64,000 nucleotides of DNA. Source: an uncultured virus (IMG/VR IMGVR_UViG_3300038548_000322). Taxonomy: Duplodnaviria; Heunggongvirae; Uroviricota; Caudoviricetes. Positions 48,130-57,501 of the stretch are shown piece by piece. Within the stretch, counting starts at the first letter, position 1, and each line of letters starts with the position of its first letter. The DNA lies in IMG/VR virus record IMGVR_UViG_3300038548_000322. One strand, written 5' to 3'. Position numbers and translations under genes: made by a program. The notes below the pieces were generated by a model, which saw nothing but the letters and a program-made list of their open reading frames with translations, did no database searches and had not been told where the DNA came from.

Positions 48130-50763
48130 TCAAGTATCCGTGCGTGGTCGAGGGTTCGTAGAACCTCTTCCCGACGTGATCTTCGACCGATCAGTTACTG
48201 CCTTGACGCCTGCGATTTTAAGTGCCGTGGCATTATCCTCGGCATTGATAACCTCGCTGGAAGTGATTTTCATTTCCGTCCGCTCGTCTTCTGCACGCTC
48301 GCGCTCCACAAGCTCCTCAAGTCGAGCAGCGTACTCTTGAGCTTTCTGGGCATCGTCTTGTGCAGCTTCTAGAGCCTTCGTTCGCTCCTCGGCATCAAGC
48401 TCCATAAACGTCTTCTGCTTGTCGTGTTCACGCTGTTCGCGCTTGTCCACGAGAGTCAGTTGCGTGCGTTCGGTCTCTCTTTCGTGTCGTGCCTGATCGG
48501 CTTCGCGTTCTTGCTCGATAGCAGCCATTGCGTTCGGATCGACCGGCGGCTGTGGCTCTTCCGGCTGGAGTTCCTGCATGGTTTGCTGCAGTTGCTCAAT
48601 GACAGGTTGGATTCCAGCCAAAACTTGGTCTATCGCAGGAACCACGTCTGCAGATTGGAACGCAAGAGTTTTATCCATCTCTTTGCGCACGTCTGGATCG
48701 CGGAGTTTCATCATCTGCGAGAACTCATCATCGTTCATTCCGCTAGCTGCTTTCAGCAGGTCAACATTGTAAGAGACGTAATAAAGCGCCACGTGTTCAA
48801 TGATGTGCCCCATGAGCATGGGAATAAACCGAGGCGCAATTAACGGGTTCATTCCGAGTGCTGGTGACATCGAGTAATCGAGATGCACCTGCAAGTGGGC
48901 TAAGTGATCTTGTGATGGGAACGCAGCCACAGGTCTACCCATGGTCATCGCTGCGTTTTCGTTGACTGCGTTCTGTTCCTCAGGCGTGTCATCCGGTAAG
49001 AGCAGCTCATCAGGGTTTGGTATCTTGGTTCGTTCGAGAATGCGTTTCTCGACCGCTTTTACATTGTAAATCTCTGGCATCTGCGCAGCGCGGTCGGCAA
49101 CGATCTGTAGCTGAGCCATGCGTTGAACATCGGAGAAGATCTCCGGATCTGCGACCGGCAGGACGTCATAAGGTGGATCGAAATCTTTTCGGTATGCGAG
49201 TAGCTCTCCGTACTCGTCTTTCAGCTCTTCCTCGTCGAGGTACATCCGGTTGATGCGGCATAAAATTTCGAGAACCTTGTCCATCGCTTGGAACATGCGC
49301 AGATGAATTGCGCTGAAGACAGTCATGCCCTCTTCGATCAGTGCGAGTGTCGTACCAACAGGCATGTTCGTATTTTGCTCGCCCAGCTTTTCAAAGGATG
49401 TTTGAACAACCCCACGTCCGAGACCATCACAAATACCCAGTAGCTCAACGAGTACGTTCGACGGTGGGTTGAACGGCACCGGCATGATCAGTTTGCGGAT
49501 GTCGTCGCCTGCTACACCACCTTCGATCTCGGTGATGGCGGCAACACGCAGCTCCTTGCTCTGTCCACTGAAATTAGCCCCTTTTAGTCGAATGAGTGTG
49601 GGCAGGTTATTCATATGAGCAGAGTCAAGGAGAGCGCGAAGTGCGCCAGTGGCTGCTCCAGACAGGGAACCGATCATCTGGCCGAGGCCAACTGATCCGG
49701 CACCACGCCACGGAATGAACGGGAACTCTACAGCCCAGTCCAGTTTCAGCTTGTGCTTGTTGTCCTCTTCCCAGTTGCGGTTGATTGCGCAGATCTTTTG
49801 GGAGGGACCATGAATAGTAATGCGATAAGGCGCGTAACCGAATTCGTCTTTCTTGCCTTCTGCGTTTTCAAACTCGTCGCAGTAGCAGAGGATTTCGAAG
49901 ACGTTGTGCAATCCGTCCTCGTTGTACGCTTGCAGGTTTTCTTTACCCTCTACAGCGTCGGTAGCTTTTTGCGGACGGGATTCTTCTTCTACAATCCCGG
50001 CTTTGATCATTTCGGGGCCGAGGTCGGAGTACATGCCTCCTGCCACACGCTGTTTGTATTCAAACTCGGTGATGTGTTCGACGAAAGTGACGCGGTCTGA
50101 TGTGTAAAAGTTCGAGGCCGCGTAGGGGATGTAAACGTCGTCAGAAGGCCAGAATTGTGGCACCGGACGTTTCTTTTGGTCATCCCAGACGAGTCGCATA
50201 TATTGCGAGCCACCCAGCGGCGTTTGTGACAAGAGCTGTTCCAGCTCCGTTCTGAAATCTGGCATCTGCTTCAAGAACTGCCAGTTCATGTAATTCTTGA
50301 CGCGCTCAGCTTTCCTAAATCGATCTACCTCGGGATTGTCACCGGGGACGTACATTTTCACGGGACCGTTAGGTGGCATCAGCTCCTTGATCGCGCGTGA
50401 TTGGAAATCCACCACCGCTTCAGTAAGCATGGGATGTACTGCTTTGGATGCACCTTCGAAATCGGCTCCACCGGGCGTCTCTTTGCCCAGCCCTGTACGC
50501 TTGATCGCTTCTTCGTAATCCTTCTCCCGTTTCTCACGCGCTTTTTTATCGCGCTCGATGTCTTCCATCAGTCGGGTTGCGATTTTAGTTTTTACGCCTT
50601 CTTCGAAGTCATCCGCGATGTTGTCGAACCACTCACGGTTGGGACCTTTACCGTCGTCCTCTCCAACTGTGACGATGGCTCCTCCGTCATCGGTATCGAC
50701 TACTGTGTCAGGAACCTCTGTGAATTCTTGTACGGAACCAACTTGGTCTTCGCGTGTTGCCAT
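48130..50763 (-). CDS. portal protein
   Basis: FEGAS..VHPML.EA..FQ, LRALLDSAH..NLP, PVGTTLALIE, DVLPVADP; downstream of TerL. Confidence 0.88.
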   Translation of the reverse strand: MATREDQVGSVQEFTEVPDTVVDTDDGGAIVTVGEDDGKGPNREWFDNIADDFEEGVKTKIATRLMEDIERDKKAREKREKDYEEAIKRTGLGKETPGGADFEGASKAVHPMLTEAVVDFQSRAIKELMPPNGPVKMYVPGDNPEVDRFRKAERVKNYMNWQFLKQMPDFRTELEQLLSQTPLGGSQYMRLVWDDQKKRPVPQFWPSDDVYIPYAASNFYTSDRVTFVEHITEFEYKQRVAGGMYSDLGPEMIKAGIVEEESRPQKATDAVEGKENLQAYNEDGLHNVFEILCYCDEFENAEGKKDEFGYAPYRITIHGPSQKICAINRNWEEDNKHKLKLDWAVEFPFIPWRGAGSVGLGQMIGSLSGAATGALRALLDSAHMNNLPTLIRLKGANFSGQSKELRVAAITEIEGGVAGDDIRKLIMPVPFNPPSNVLVELLGICDGLGRGVVQTSFEKLGEQNTNMPVGTTLALIEEGMTVFSAIHLRMFQAMDKVLEILCRINRMYLDEEELKDEYGELLAYRKDFDPPYDVLPVADPEIFSDVQRMAQLQIVADRAAQMPEIYNVKAVEKRILERTKIPNPDELLLPDDTPEEQNAVNENAAMTMGRPVAAFPSQDHLAHLQVHLDYSMSPALGMNPLIAPRFIPMLMGHIIEHVALYYVSYNVDLLKAASGMNDDEFSQMMKLRDPDVRKEMDKTLAFQSADVVPAIDQVLAGIQPVIEQLQQTMQELQPEEPQPPVDPNAMAAIEQEREADQARHERETERTQLTLVDKREQREHDKQKTFMELDAEERTKALEAAQDDAQKAQEYAARLEELVERERAEDERTEMKITSSEVINAEDNATALKIAGVKAVTDRSKITSGRGSTNPRPRTDT

Positions 50764-51119
50764 CAGTTGACGCTCCCGTATTTCCCATGCATGAGATCAG
50801 CAGCGTGCTGAACAATGTTGGCGAACGCACATACGGGGCACCCGGCGTTCTCTTCTACTACTCGGTCAGGACCGAAGATCTCCAGCGCACCCATGTTGAG
50901 CATGTTGCACGCCTCCCAGCAGGGATCTAGCTCCCCAGAGGCAAACTTGGCGTTGAGTTCATCGGATGTTGCGGCAATTTGGTCGTCGAGGCCGCGATCT
51001 TTCAGGGCGAACATCAGCTCTGCCCAATGTCCCTCGCACCATTTGATCTGCTTCAGATCACTCGCCTCAGGGAGGGTCATGGTGGGAACGTCGAGCAAAA
51101 GAGTTTGCTTGCTACCCAT
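50763..51119 (-). CDS. Cys-containing hypothetical protein between TerL and portal
   Basis: WCEGHW...RGL...DP...GCPVC; coupled on both sides. Confidence 0.6.
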   Translation of the reverse strand: MGSKQTLLLDVPTMTLPEASDLKQIKWCEGHWAELMFALKDRGLDDQIAATSDELNAKFASGELDPCWEACNMLNMGALEIFGPDRVVEENAGCPVCAFANIVQHAADLMHGKYGSVN

Positions 51120-52707
51120 AGGGATTCTCTTTCTTCTTCAACCGTCGCTCCGCAATCTCTTTCGCACGTGCACGCTCCTTGGATTCGACGGAGTCTACCA
51201 CGGTAAACGGACCAAAGAATTTATCCATGAGCAAGCGTAGACCTTGAGTAGCTGTGTCAAGCAGGTCGTCGCGCTCCGTGGAACCGGGACCGACATACGA
51301 ACAGACCTGAGAGATCAGTGGATCCGCCCAAGTCTTAAACTGTCCCGGATTTATTTCTGACTCAACTGCCCATACCCTGCCTGCCGCGAACATTGGTGAA
51401 ACGTAATGAAGCCTCGTTAGTTTGTCTTCATTACCCGGATTGTAGCCGTGAGTCAAGATGTTCTCTTCCGCGAGCTGCTGACGGATGGAGATTCCGGACG
51501 CTTTCTCTTCGATCAGAATGATGTCGGCCAGACGTCCCTGATGCTTTGCGCGCATTGCTTTCGACTTGATCAGCGGCTTAATCAGTGGCTCATCCATGTC
51601 ACCATAGGTGTACGACATCTCTTTCTTGATGCGACGCACGAGATTCGGGAAGCCCAACCAGTCCTCCCATGCGTCGAGCAGGATCACCTGCGGCAACGGT
51701 GGCTTACCCTGTCGCGGCTGCTGGAATATTCCCCAGACACTGCACGCTGTCGGGTCACTCTCCATTTTCTTCTTGTCGTAATTGCGTTCCTTGAATGCCG
51801 GATCAATGGACATGACGATGAAGCTGAACTTCGGCAGAGGCTTGTCCTTCGGCCAAACGCGCCACTGGCTGCGCTTAACGAATCCTTCCTCTTCCGGATC
51901 CAACACCTCACCGTGAATTTCTTGGCGACCGACACGCGTACCTTCGTATTTAGAGATGGACTCGAAGAAGTACGATGTCAGGTTGTCGCGGTTCTCGTAC
52001 GTCGAACCCACCACGTCCACGGTGCGCTTATCCTTCTGCAGTCTGCGCACGAACGGTGTCGGCTTCGGCGTACCCGTTACGCACATGCGTGGGTTGTCAC
52101 CAAGACGCAGCCCGAACATCATGTTGTCCCACGCTTCCTGTGGGTACTTCCACGACGCTATCTCGTCCGACCAGATAGCTGCATGCTGTGGTCCACGCAA
52201 TCGCTCAGGGGTATCCCCCGCAAACCCACGAATGATCGACCCGTTCTTCAGGGTGATAGAAGGCAGGGCTTGGTTACGATCATGAATGAGCTGCGGGGGA
52301 ATGACTGACATGAGCCCGGTCGGACCTTCGAAGCAGGTGTAGCGAACGTCGTCGTGCGTCGGTGAGACCACTGCGTAGAAGCTGGGGAACATCCACGCCT
52401 GTTCACCGATCCAGTTCGCACCGGTAAGCGTCTTACCAAAACCACGTCCAGATCTGATCAGCCAGATCGGCTTCTGCATGCTGAGGAATTCTTCGGGCGG
52501 GAGCTGCTTGGCTCGTGCCATCGCTTGCCAGCAGATGCGCCAGCGCAGGTAATGCAGGTCCTCCTCGGAGAACATCTGCAGGATCTCTGCAGTGTTCTCG
52601 GGGAGTTGTTCCTTTACGTCGTCGGGGAGATCATCGAAGTCGAAGTCGTAATCGAATTCGGGGGGCTGATGGACGAGCCCAAAATTTAATGCGATAACCT
52701 GACCCAA
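51112..52707 (-). CDS. terL: terminase large subunit
   Basis: GRGFGKT, LRGPQ, WSDE, TGTPKP, STYEN; nuclease SIDPA, IEEKASG, DDLLD. Confidence 0.93.
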   Translation of the reverse strand: MGQVIALNFGLVHQPPEFDYDFDFDDLPDDVKEQLPENTAEILQMFSEEDLHYLRWRICWQAMARAKQLPPEEFLSMQKPIWLIRSGRGFGKTLTGANWIGEQAWMFPSFYAVVSPTHDDVRYTCFEGPTGLMSVIPPQLIHDRNQALPSITLKNGSIIRGFAGDTPERLRGPQHAAIWSDEIASWKYPQEAWDNMMFGLRLGDNPRMCVTGTPKPTPFVRRLQKDKRTVDVVGSTYENRDNLTSYFFESISKYEGTRVGRQEIHGEVLDPEEEGFVKRSQWRVWPKDKPLPKFSFIVMSIDPAFKERNYDKKKMESDPTACSVWGIFQQPRQGKPPLPQVILLDAWEDWLGFPNLVRRIKKEMSYTYGDMDEPLIKPLIKSKAMRAKHQGRLADIILIEEKASGISIRQQLAEENILTHGYNPGNEDKLTRLHYVSPMFAAGRVWAVESEINPGQFKTWADPLISQVCSYVGPGSTERDDLLDTATQGLRLLMDKFFGPFTVVDSVESKERARAKEIAERRLKKKENPYG

Positions 52708-52759
52708 GGGAGGTGCTTCCTATACGGTTGACCAAAGCTGACCTCACCGAGGGTATCGG

Positions 52760-52785
52760 AAAAAGAAAGGGGTCGCTAGGACCCC
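52760..52785 (-). terminator. intrinsic terminator
   Basis: GGGGTC-ctagc-GACCCC followed by TTTCTTTTT. Confidence 0.75.
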
Positions 52786-53288
52786 AGTGTCTTTTGGTAG
52801 TAGCGCTGCTGCTTCCTGAGTTTCTTCAGCGCGGTAGCCGCCCGTCTCAACTTCGCCTCCCATCGTTTGATACCCGCATCAACTCTGGATGCACGCACCT
52901 CGATCATGTTGGACTTCTCTTTCTTCGGAGGAGGCTCCGTCTCTAGGAACCGACGCACGATGAGGTTAGCTCCGTTGCGTTCCATCCGCAGTTGCTTGTC
53001 CGTGTGCGCGCCACCTGAAGTGCGGCGTTCAATGAAGTGCCCCATGTCGTGGTTGATGTCGTGCCAGCCCTGTTCCGGGTTGACGGTGAACACACCACTG
53101 GCGAGCCACGTGCGTCGGTTGCCGGTACCGATGCGAATCTTCCAAGGGAACTTGGTTCCCATCTCGGCTTTCCACATCGCGCGTATAAAACTGATCGCGT
53201 GAGTCGGCCAGACGTTTTGCATCTGCTCGAAGGGTACCGGTTTCCAAATCGCTTCAACGACCCGGTTGTAGTCTCTAGCTGTGGGCAT
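52776..53288 (-). CDS. moron-like hypothetical protein (HDMGH motif, basic C-terminal coil)
   Basis: AAAGGAG RBS; own promoter and terminator. Confidence 0.7.
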   Translation of the reverse strand: MPTARDYNRVVEAIWKPVPFEQMQNVWPTHAISFIRAMWKAEMGTKFPWKIRIGTGNRRTWLASGVFTVNPEQGWHDINHDMGHFIERRTSGGAHTDKQLRMERNGANLIVRRFLETEPPPKKEKSNMIEVRASRVDAGIKRWEAKLRRAATALKKLRKQQRYYQKTLGS

Positions 53289-53330
53289 AACGTTAACTCC
53301 TTTGCCTGCCGTGGAATCCACGGTAACGCT

Positions 53331-53360
53331 ATTATAGCACATCTAGAAAATTTTTGTTTA
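53331..53360 (-). promoter_or_regulatory. extended -10 promoter
   Basis: TGCTATAAT with AT-rich upstream sequence. Confidence 0.6.
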
Positions 53361-53401
53361 TCGGAAAATCGCGCACCCTCCCCTTTTACGCGGTGGAGGC
53401 C

Positions 53402-53779
53402 TTACTGGAGCACAAAAACGGGCGGCTTGGGGTTGGCGAGCGTCACAGTAAAAGGGACGGTGTTACTAGGATCCGATTCCCGACCTCCCGTGTCTACGGT
53501 CGTCGCATGACAACTGTGCGAACCGAAAGCGAATGATCCCGCTGGTGCTTCCCATCGCTCATCAACGTTAGGCGCATTGGTATGCTGCCAAATCGGTGTG
53601 GAATTACCGTCGCAATAAATGTTGTAGCTTGCGATCTCATCGTTAGGTAGTGGCGCAGAGAAACCATTTTCATCGGGCTCTCTTTCCGTTGGTGCAACCC
53701 AAGTAAAAGTTTTTTGCACAGAACCTTGTGCGAATACCAACGAAGAGAGAAGCAACAATGCGAGGATGCGAATAGTCAT
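53402..53779 (-). CDS. secreted fibronectin type III-like protein
   Basis: Sec signal (VFA|Q), FTWVAP, YNIY, TTVDTGGRESDPSN. Confidence 0.65.
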   Translation of the reverse strand: MTIRILALLLLSSLVFAQGSVQKTFTWVAPTEREPDENGFSAPLPNDEIASYNIYCDGNSTPIWQHTNAPNVDERWEAPAGSFAFGSHSCHATTVDTGGRESDPSNTVPFTVTLANPKPPVFVLQ

Positions 53780-54006
53780 CAGCAATAAGACTCGTCACCC
53801 TCCGGAACTGAGCCCGAACTGATGTGTTTCGCAGGTGGGTCGGTCAGAGTCCCGGACGCGCAATAAATGTAACTGCCGTCCTCCATCTTGTAGATCTCGA
53901 CGTCAACCATCGCTACCGGAGCGAGGAACACTCCGAACATTATCACCACCACGAGCGCTAATAATAAGAGCTTGCTTTGCAGGAACGCTATCAATTTATC
54001 GATCAT
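53779..54006 (-). CDS. membrane protein
   Basis: N-terminal TM helix; coupled. Confidence 0.55.
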   Translation of the reverse strand: MIDKLIAFLQSKLLLLALVVVIMFGVFLAPVAMVDVEIYKMEDGSYIYCASGTLTDPPAKHISSGSVPEGDESYC

Positions 54007-54179
54007 AACTTTCTCCAGTCTGGTTTCTTGAAGTGGTCGAACTCGATGCCGACAGTGATCATGGTCAGCGCGAAGCAAGTCCACGGTCCTGTCTCGTTAA
54101 ACACGAACAACCAGATGACGACCAGTTCGAGGAACCAGCGAATGATGTGGCCTGCCATTTTGTAAATGTCGTCGTTCAT
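54003..54179 (-). CDS. small membrane protein (58 aa, not in ORF track)
   Basis: MNDDIYKMAGHIIRWFLELVVIWLFVF...; ATGA coupling. Confidence 0.55.
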   Translation of the reverse strand: MNDDIYKMAGHIIRWFLELVVIWLFVFNETGPWTCFALTMITVGIEFDHFKKPDWRKL

Positions 54180-54183
54180 AAAA

Positions 54184-56928
54184 TTAGAATGATTGGATCG
54201 CTCTCCACGAATGCCCAGCTGCTAAGTAAACGATGGCATTAGCTCCTACGTCTGCTTGCTTCGCTACACGAAGGGACATAGTGGTAGTCGCTTGGTTGCC
54301 GTTGATCAATACACCAATGATAGTAACGTAAACTCCATCGGGGGAGACCGAACCATCGGTGTCAATATCAACGATGTTAGTGATCACTTCACCTATAGCC
54401 GAGTGCAGCCCCGCTGATCCGGGAGTTGACCCACCACCTACCCAAGATATTGTGCCACTGAAAGTAGCGAGGGTATCAATGACTAATTCTACCCGGAGAT
54501 CATCTGTTGCCGGTGCAGAATATTGGAAAGAACACTGATACACATACCTCTGATTTTCCTTGGGCTGGGAGACTAAGACTTCTGTAAAGCCGGTACCGGG
54601 GACAGAAATATTGCTGGTATTTATATCTGACTCGTTGATAGCAGCAAGAGGAATTACGATGCCGCTCCCAGTGACAACCCGAAGGCTTTGGTCAAAAGCA
54701 TCATCTCTTACCCAGAATTGCATTTGACCTGACACGTCAGCTTCTTGCGCCGCTTGCTCGCGTATGAAGAGAACGCCCATGTCGTTGAGGTCGAAGCCGT
54801 CGCCATCGATAGGCGCAGTCAACGTAATCGGTTGCGTCAGACCTGCTGTCAAATCAAAGACGACTCCCGCTTCGGTGACGTAATTCAAACTGTCGTCAGC
54901 AGAATTGACCCAGAGCTGACCTTGACTTGCAATGTCCGCTTCCTGAGCGGCTTGCTCTACTAAGAACAGTGTTCCGTTGCCGACCTCGACACCGTGATTA
55001 AGAGTCTGGAGACGAGGGACTGCGCTTGTGCCAGCATAGGCGGAGAAACCACCAGCTGCAGCATCACCACTGAAGTGACCACGAATACGACTGCCTCCGC
55101 CTGTCCCAACGCGCATGATGAGGCTTCCACCGACGATGTGATTGCGCATAATGAAGTCGGTGAAGAACTCCGTACCAAGACTGGCTCGGGTTGTTCCGTT
55201 TTGATTCTGCCATTCGACCTCGCGACCTTCACCATCGATGTTGCCGACGCTACGAATAGCCGTGATGCCGAGACCTTCTGCAACAGTCGCAGGGTTACCT
55301 GAACCGTCTTCGAGTTGTGTCACTGCGGGTGCTGCATTCAGTACGAAGTCAACTCCGGCCTCGGTGATGTAGTGGAGCGTGTCGTCGCTAGCCTCGACGC
55401 GCAACTGACCGTGACCGGTGATGTTTGCATTGGCTGCTGTCTGTTCCAAGTAGAGCGTGGCGTCATTGCGAATGGACACCCCATCAGCAGCGGCATCGAG
55501 GAACATCATCTCAGTGGATTCAGTACCCATGAGCCGCAGTTCACCGGAGTTGTCCATCTCGATGAATTTGAAACCAGCCTGATTCTCAAAAAACAAACGA
55601 TGGTTAGCAGTAGATAGACTGTGGCTGTCAGTAAGAGCCCAGAAAGTGGTTCCACTGTTGTCGGTAGATCGGAAAATTTCCCACTCTATTGTCGATGAAC
55701 CCACACCACCCATCGCAATGAGAGTTTGAGACGTTCTAACATTAGGGAAGTTGATTGCTGCCAATGTGCCGCCAGCTGGGTCTATCACTAATTGCTTGGT
55801 CGTGTCGTCCCAAGTGAAGCTAGCGCTGCCTCCGAACGCACCAGAGTTGTTAAACTGGATGTTGGTATCCGCTCCACCGGGAGAACCAGCTGCATTCAAT
55901 ACGGTATCGACTCCCTGATCATCAGTGAACATCGGTTCACCATCGAGAGTGTCGCGCACCCAGAATTGACCAAAGGTTAGGACACTGGCATGAGCCGCTG
56001 CCTTCTCTTCGATCTTGATTCCGGTATCGAATCGGAAGCGGACATCCTCGGCTCCGTTGGCTGCAAACATCTCAATCTCACCCGCACCGATGCCAGTGAA
56101 AATCTGTGCACGGAGTGCGTTGTGAACCAGAACCAAAGAGGGGGCAGTGATAAGCGGACCACTAACAATTCGCACCGTGTTGCCAGCGGCTGCGTGAATA
56201 TTTAGTTGTCCGGGGGTAACAATCTCTGCGGCCCCACCACTTTTAGCGAAGGTGAGGCGAGGATTGAACTCTGTGCGCCAATCAAGCTCAATGCTGCCCG
56301 TGAGAGCAGGACTTAATACTGACATCACTGTTCCGGTCCAAAGGAACCGGTCATCACCACCGAACGCGCCAGCATCATTAAACTGAACGTTGGTATCCAC
56401 GCCACCCGGAACTGCGCCACCACCGAGATCGGCAGTCGTGAGCACGCGTTCAAATCCTGCGCCGGTCGAAAGGTTGTTGATCTCGATGCCACCAGATGCA
56501 GGCGGCACTGTGCGGAATACAGTCGTGCCAACTTCATCCATCTGGACGGAGTTCGGCCCAACCGGATCGATAGTGATTTGATCTACTGCCACGTACGTGT
56601 TCGGCGCAGTTTCGAGGTACATGATGTCCCCGACATTCCCGACCGGGAATTGGGCACCAATTGGGAGTGCCTGCAGGACCGCTACGTCAAAGCCGGAATT
56701 GGGGCTTCCCTGTCGTTGCTGGTAGGGCTGGACGTCGTCCTGACATTGCTTGATGTCAGCAACAGCCGCGTCGAACGCAGCTTGTCCTGCTCCAGTGACA
56801 GGACCCAGACCCGCTTTTTGAATGCGAATTGATGCATTCCAAAGCGCGTCGGAGTTATGCGGAAATTCCTCGCCGAGGTCGAGGACAATGGTTTGCAGCT
56901 CTTGTAGCTGGGTCGGGGTAAGCGACAT
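54184..56928 (-). CDS. tail fibre-like protein outside the virion operon
   Basis: GGxDTNxQFN..GAFGG twice, four EQAA-type modules, ERVLTTADL. Confidence 0.7.
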   Translation of the reverse strand: MSLTPTQLQELQTIVLDLGEEFPHNSDALWNASIRIQKAGLGPVTGAGQAAFDAAVADIKQCQDDVQPYQQRQGSPNSGFDVAVLQALPIGAQFPVGNVGDIMYLETAPNTYVAVDQITIDPVGPNSVQMDEVGTTVFRTVPPASGGIEINNLSTGAGFERVLTTADLGGGAVPGGVDTNVQFNDAGAFGGDDRFLWTGTVMSVLSPALTGSIELDWRTEFNPRLTFAKSGGAAEIVTPGQLNIHAAAGNTVRIVSGPLITAPSLVLVHNALRAQIFTGIGAGEIEMFAANGAEDVRFRFDTGIKIEEKAAAHASVLTFGQFWVRDTLDGEPMFTDDQGVDTVLNAAGSPGGADTNIQFNNSGAFGGSASFTWDDTTKQLVIDPAGGTLAAINFPNVRTSQTLIAMGGVGSSTIEWEIFRSTDNSGTTFWALTDSHSLSTANHRLFFENQAGFKFIEMDNSGELRLMGTESTEMMFLDAAADGVSIRNDATLYLEQTAANANITGHGQLRVEASDDTLHYITEAGVDFVLNAAPAVTQLEDGSGNPATVAEGLGITAIRSVGNIDGEGREVEWQNQNGTTRASLGTEFFTDFIMRNHIVGGSLIMRVGTGGGSRIRGHFSGDAAAGGFSAYAGTSAVPRLQTLNHGVEVGNGTLFLVEQAAQEADIASQGQLWVNSADDSLNYVTEAGVVFDLTAGLTQPITLTAPIDGDGFDLNDMGVLFIREQAAQEADVSGQMQFWVRDDAFDQSLRVVTGSGIVIPLAAINESDINTSNISVPGTGFTEVLVSQPKENQRYVYQCSFQYSAPATDDLRVELVIDTLATFSGTISWVGGGSTPGSAGLHSAIGEVITNIVDIDTDGSVSPDGVYVTIIGVLINGNQATTTMSLRVAKQADVGANAIVYLAAGHSWRAIQSF

Positions 56929-56988
56929 CGCGTGCTCCTGAACAGGTCAACAAGGCACCCACGACGAAGGAGCTTACCCCATTACTCT

Positions 56989-57249
56989 CTAATCAGCGAA
57001 CTGTCTGCTCCATTTACCGTTGCGCAGCACGTGAGGTCGGTAATGTCCATCGACCATGATCGTAGCCAGATCTCCGTCTTGCGTACCGTCGCCTCTCGTC
57101 AGGAAGTGCTCCACCTTGATGATTTCGTGTTCGTACCGCTTAACCTTGATCACTTCTTCCTCGACCCGTGGAGCTGCTGCCACACTTGCAGCGGCAGCTC
57201 CTGCGGTCATGCCGAGGCTCTTCAAAAACCCTCTGCGTGTTTTATTCAT
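56989..57249 (-). CDS. twin-arginine signal protein
   Basis: TRRGFLK, Ala-rich h-region, AAA site. Confidence 0.65.
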   Translation of the reverse strand: MNKTRRGFLKSLGMTAGAAAASVAAAPRVEEEVIKVKRYEHEIIKVEHFLTRGDGTQDGDLATIMVDGHYRPHVLRNGKWSRQFAD

Positions 57250-57252
57250 GAC

Positions 57253-57486
57253 TTACTGAGCAATTTGCCAGTCAGTTGCCAGCAGATCCGTTTGTGACGT
57301 TAGCCACGGTACGAGATCTCCCTGCACCGTGCGTATGTAAACGTACGGCAGTGTCATCTTGGAATGCTCATCAGGAGTCTGCAGCTCCAAATATTGATCG
57401 GGACCATTCCACCCTTTGCGCGTGACGCGCAGACCGTTCTCCATTTGCTTAACTGCCCAGCCTATACCGTGTGCTTCGTCGTTCAC
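57253..57486 (-). CDS. tad2: DUF2829 / Tad2 family anti-Thoeris protein
   Basis: GWAV..M..G.RVTRKGWNG...PY.Y......VPW..SQTDLLA.DW signature. Confidence 0.8.
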   Translation of the reverse strand: MNDEAHGIGWAVKQMENGLRVTRKGWNGPDQYLELQTPDEHSKMTLPYVYIRTVQGDLVPWLTSQTDLLATDWQIAQ

Positions 57487-57501
57487 TTTGCTTCTCCTTT
57501 T

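Noticed and set aside
17688..52697. Many long plus-strand ORFs opposite the virion genes
   Set aside because: Antisense shadows of real genes, without recognisable motifs.
51112..52707. Intein or intron in terL (also checked polA and the helicases)
   Set aside because: ORFs are continuous and of normal length, with no splice-junction or homing-endonuclease motifs seen.
29821..56928. Diversity-generating retroelement or invertase shufflon acting on the fibres
   Set aside because: No reverse transcriptase or recombinase ORF, and no near-identical adenine-variant repeat pair seen; module similarity is mainly at protein level.
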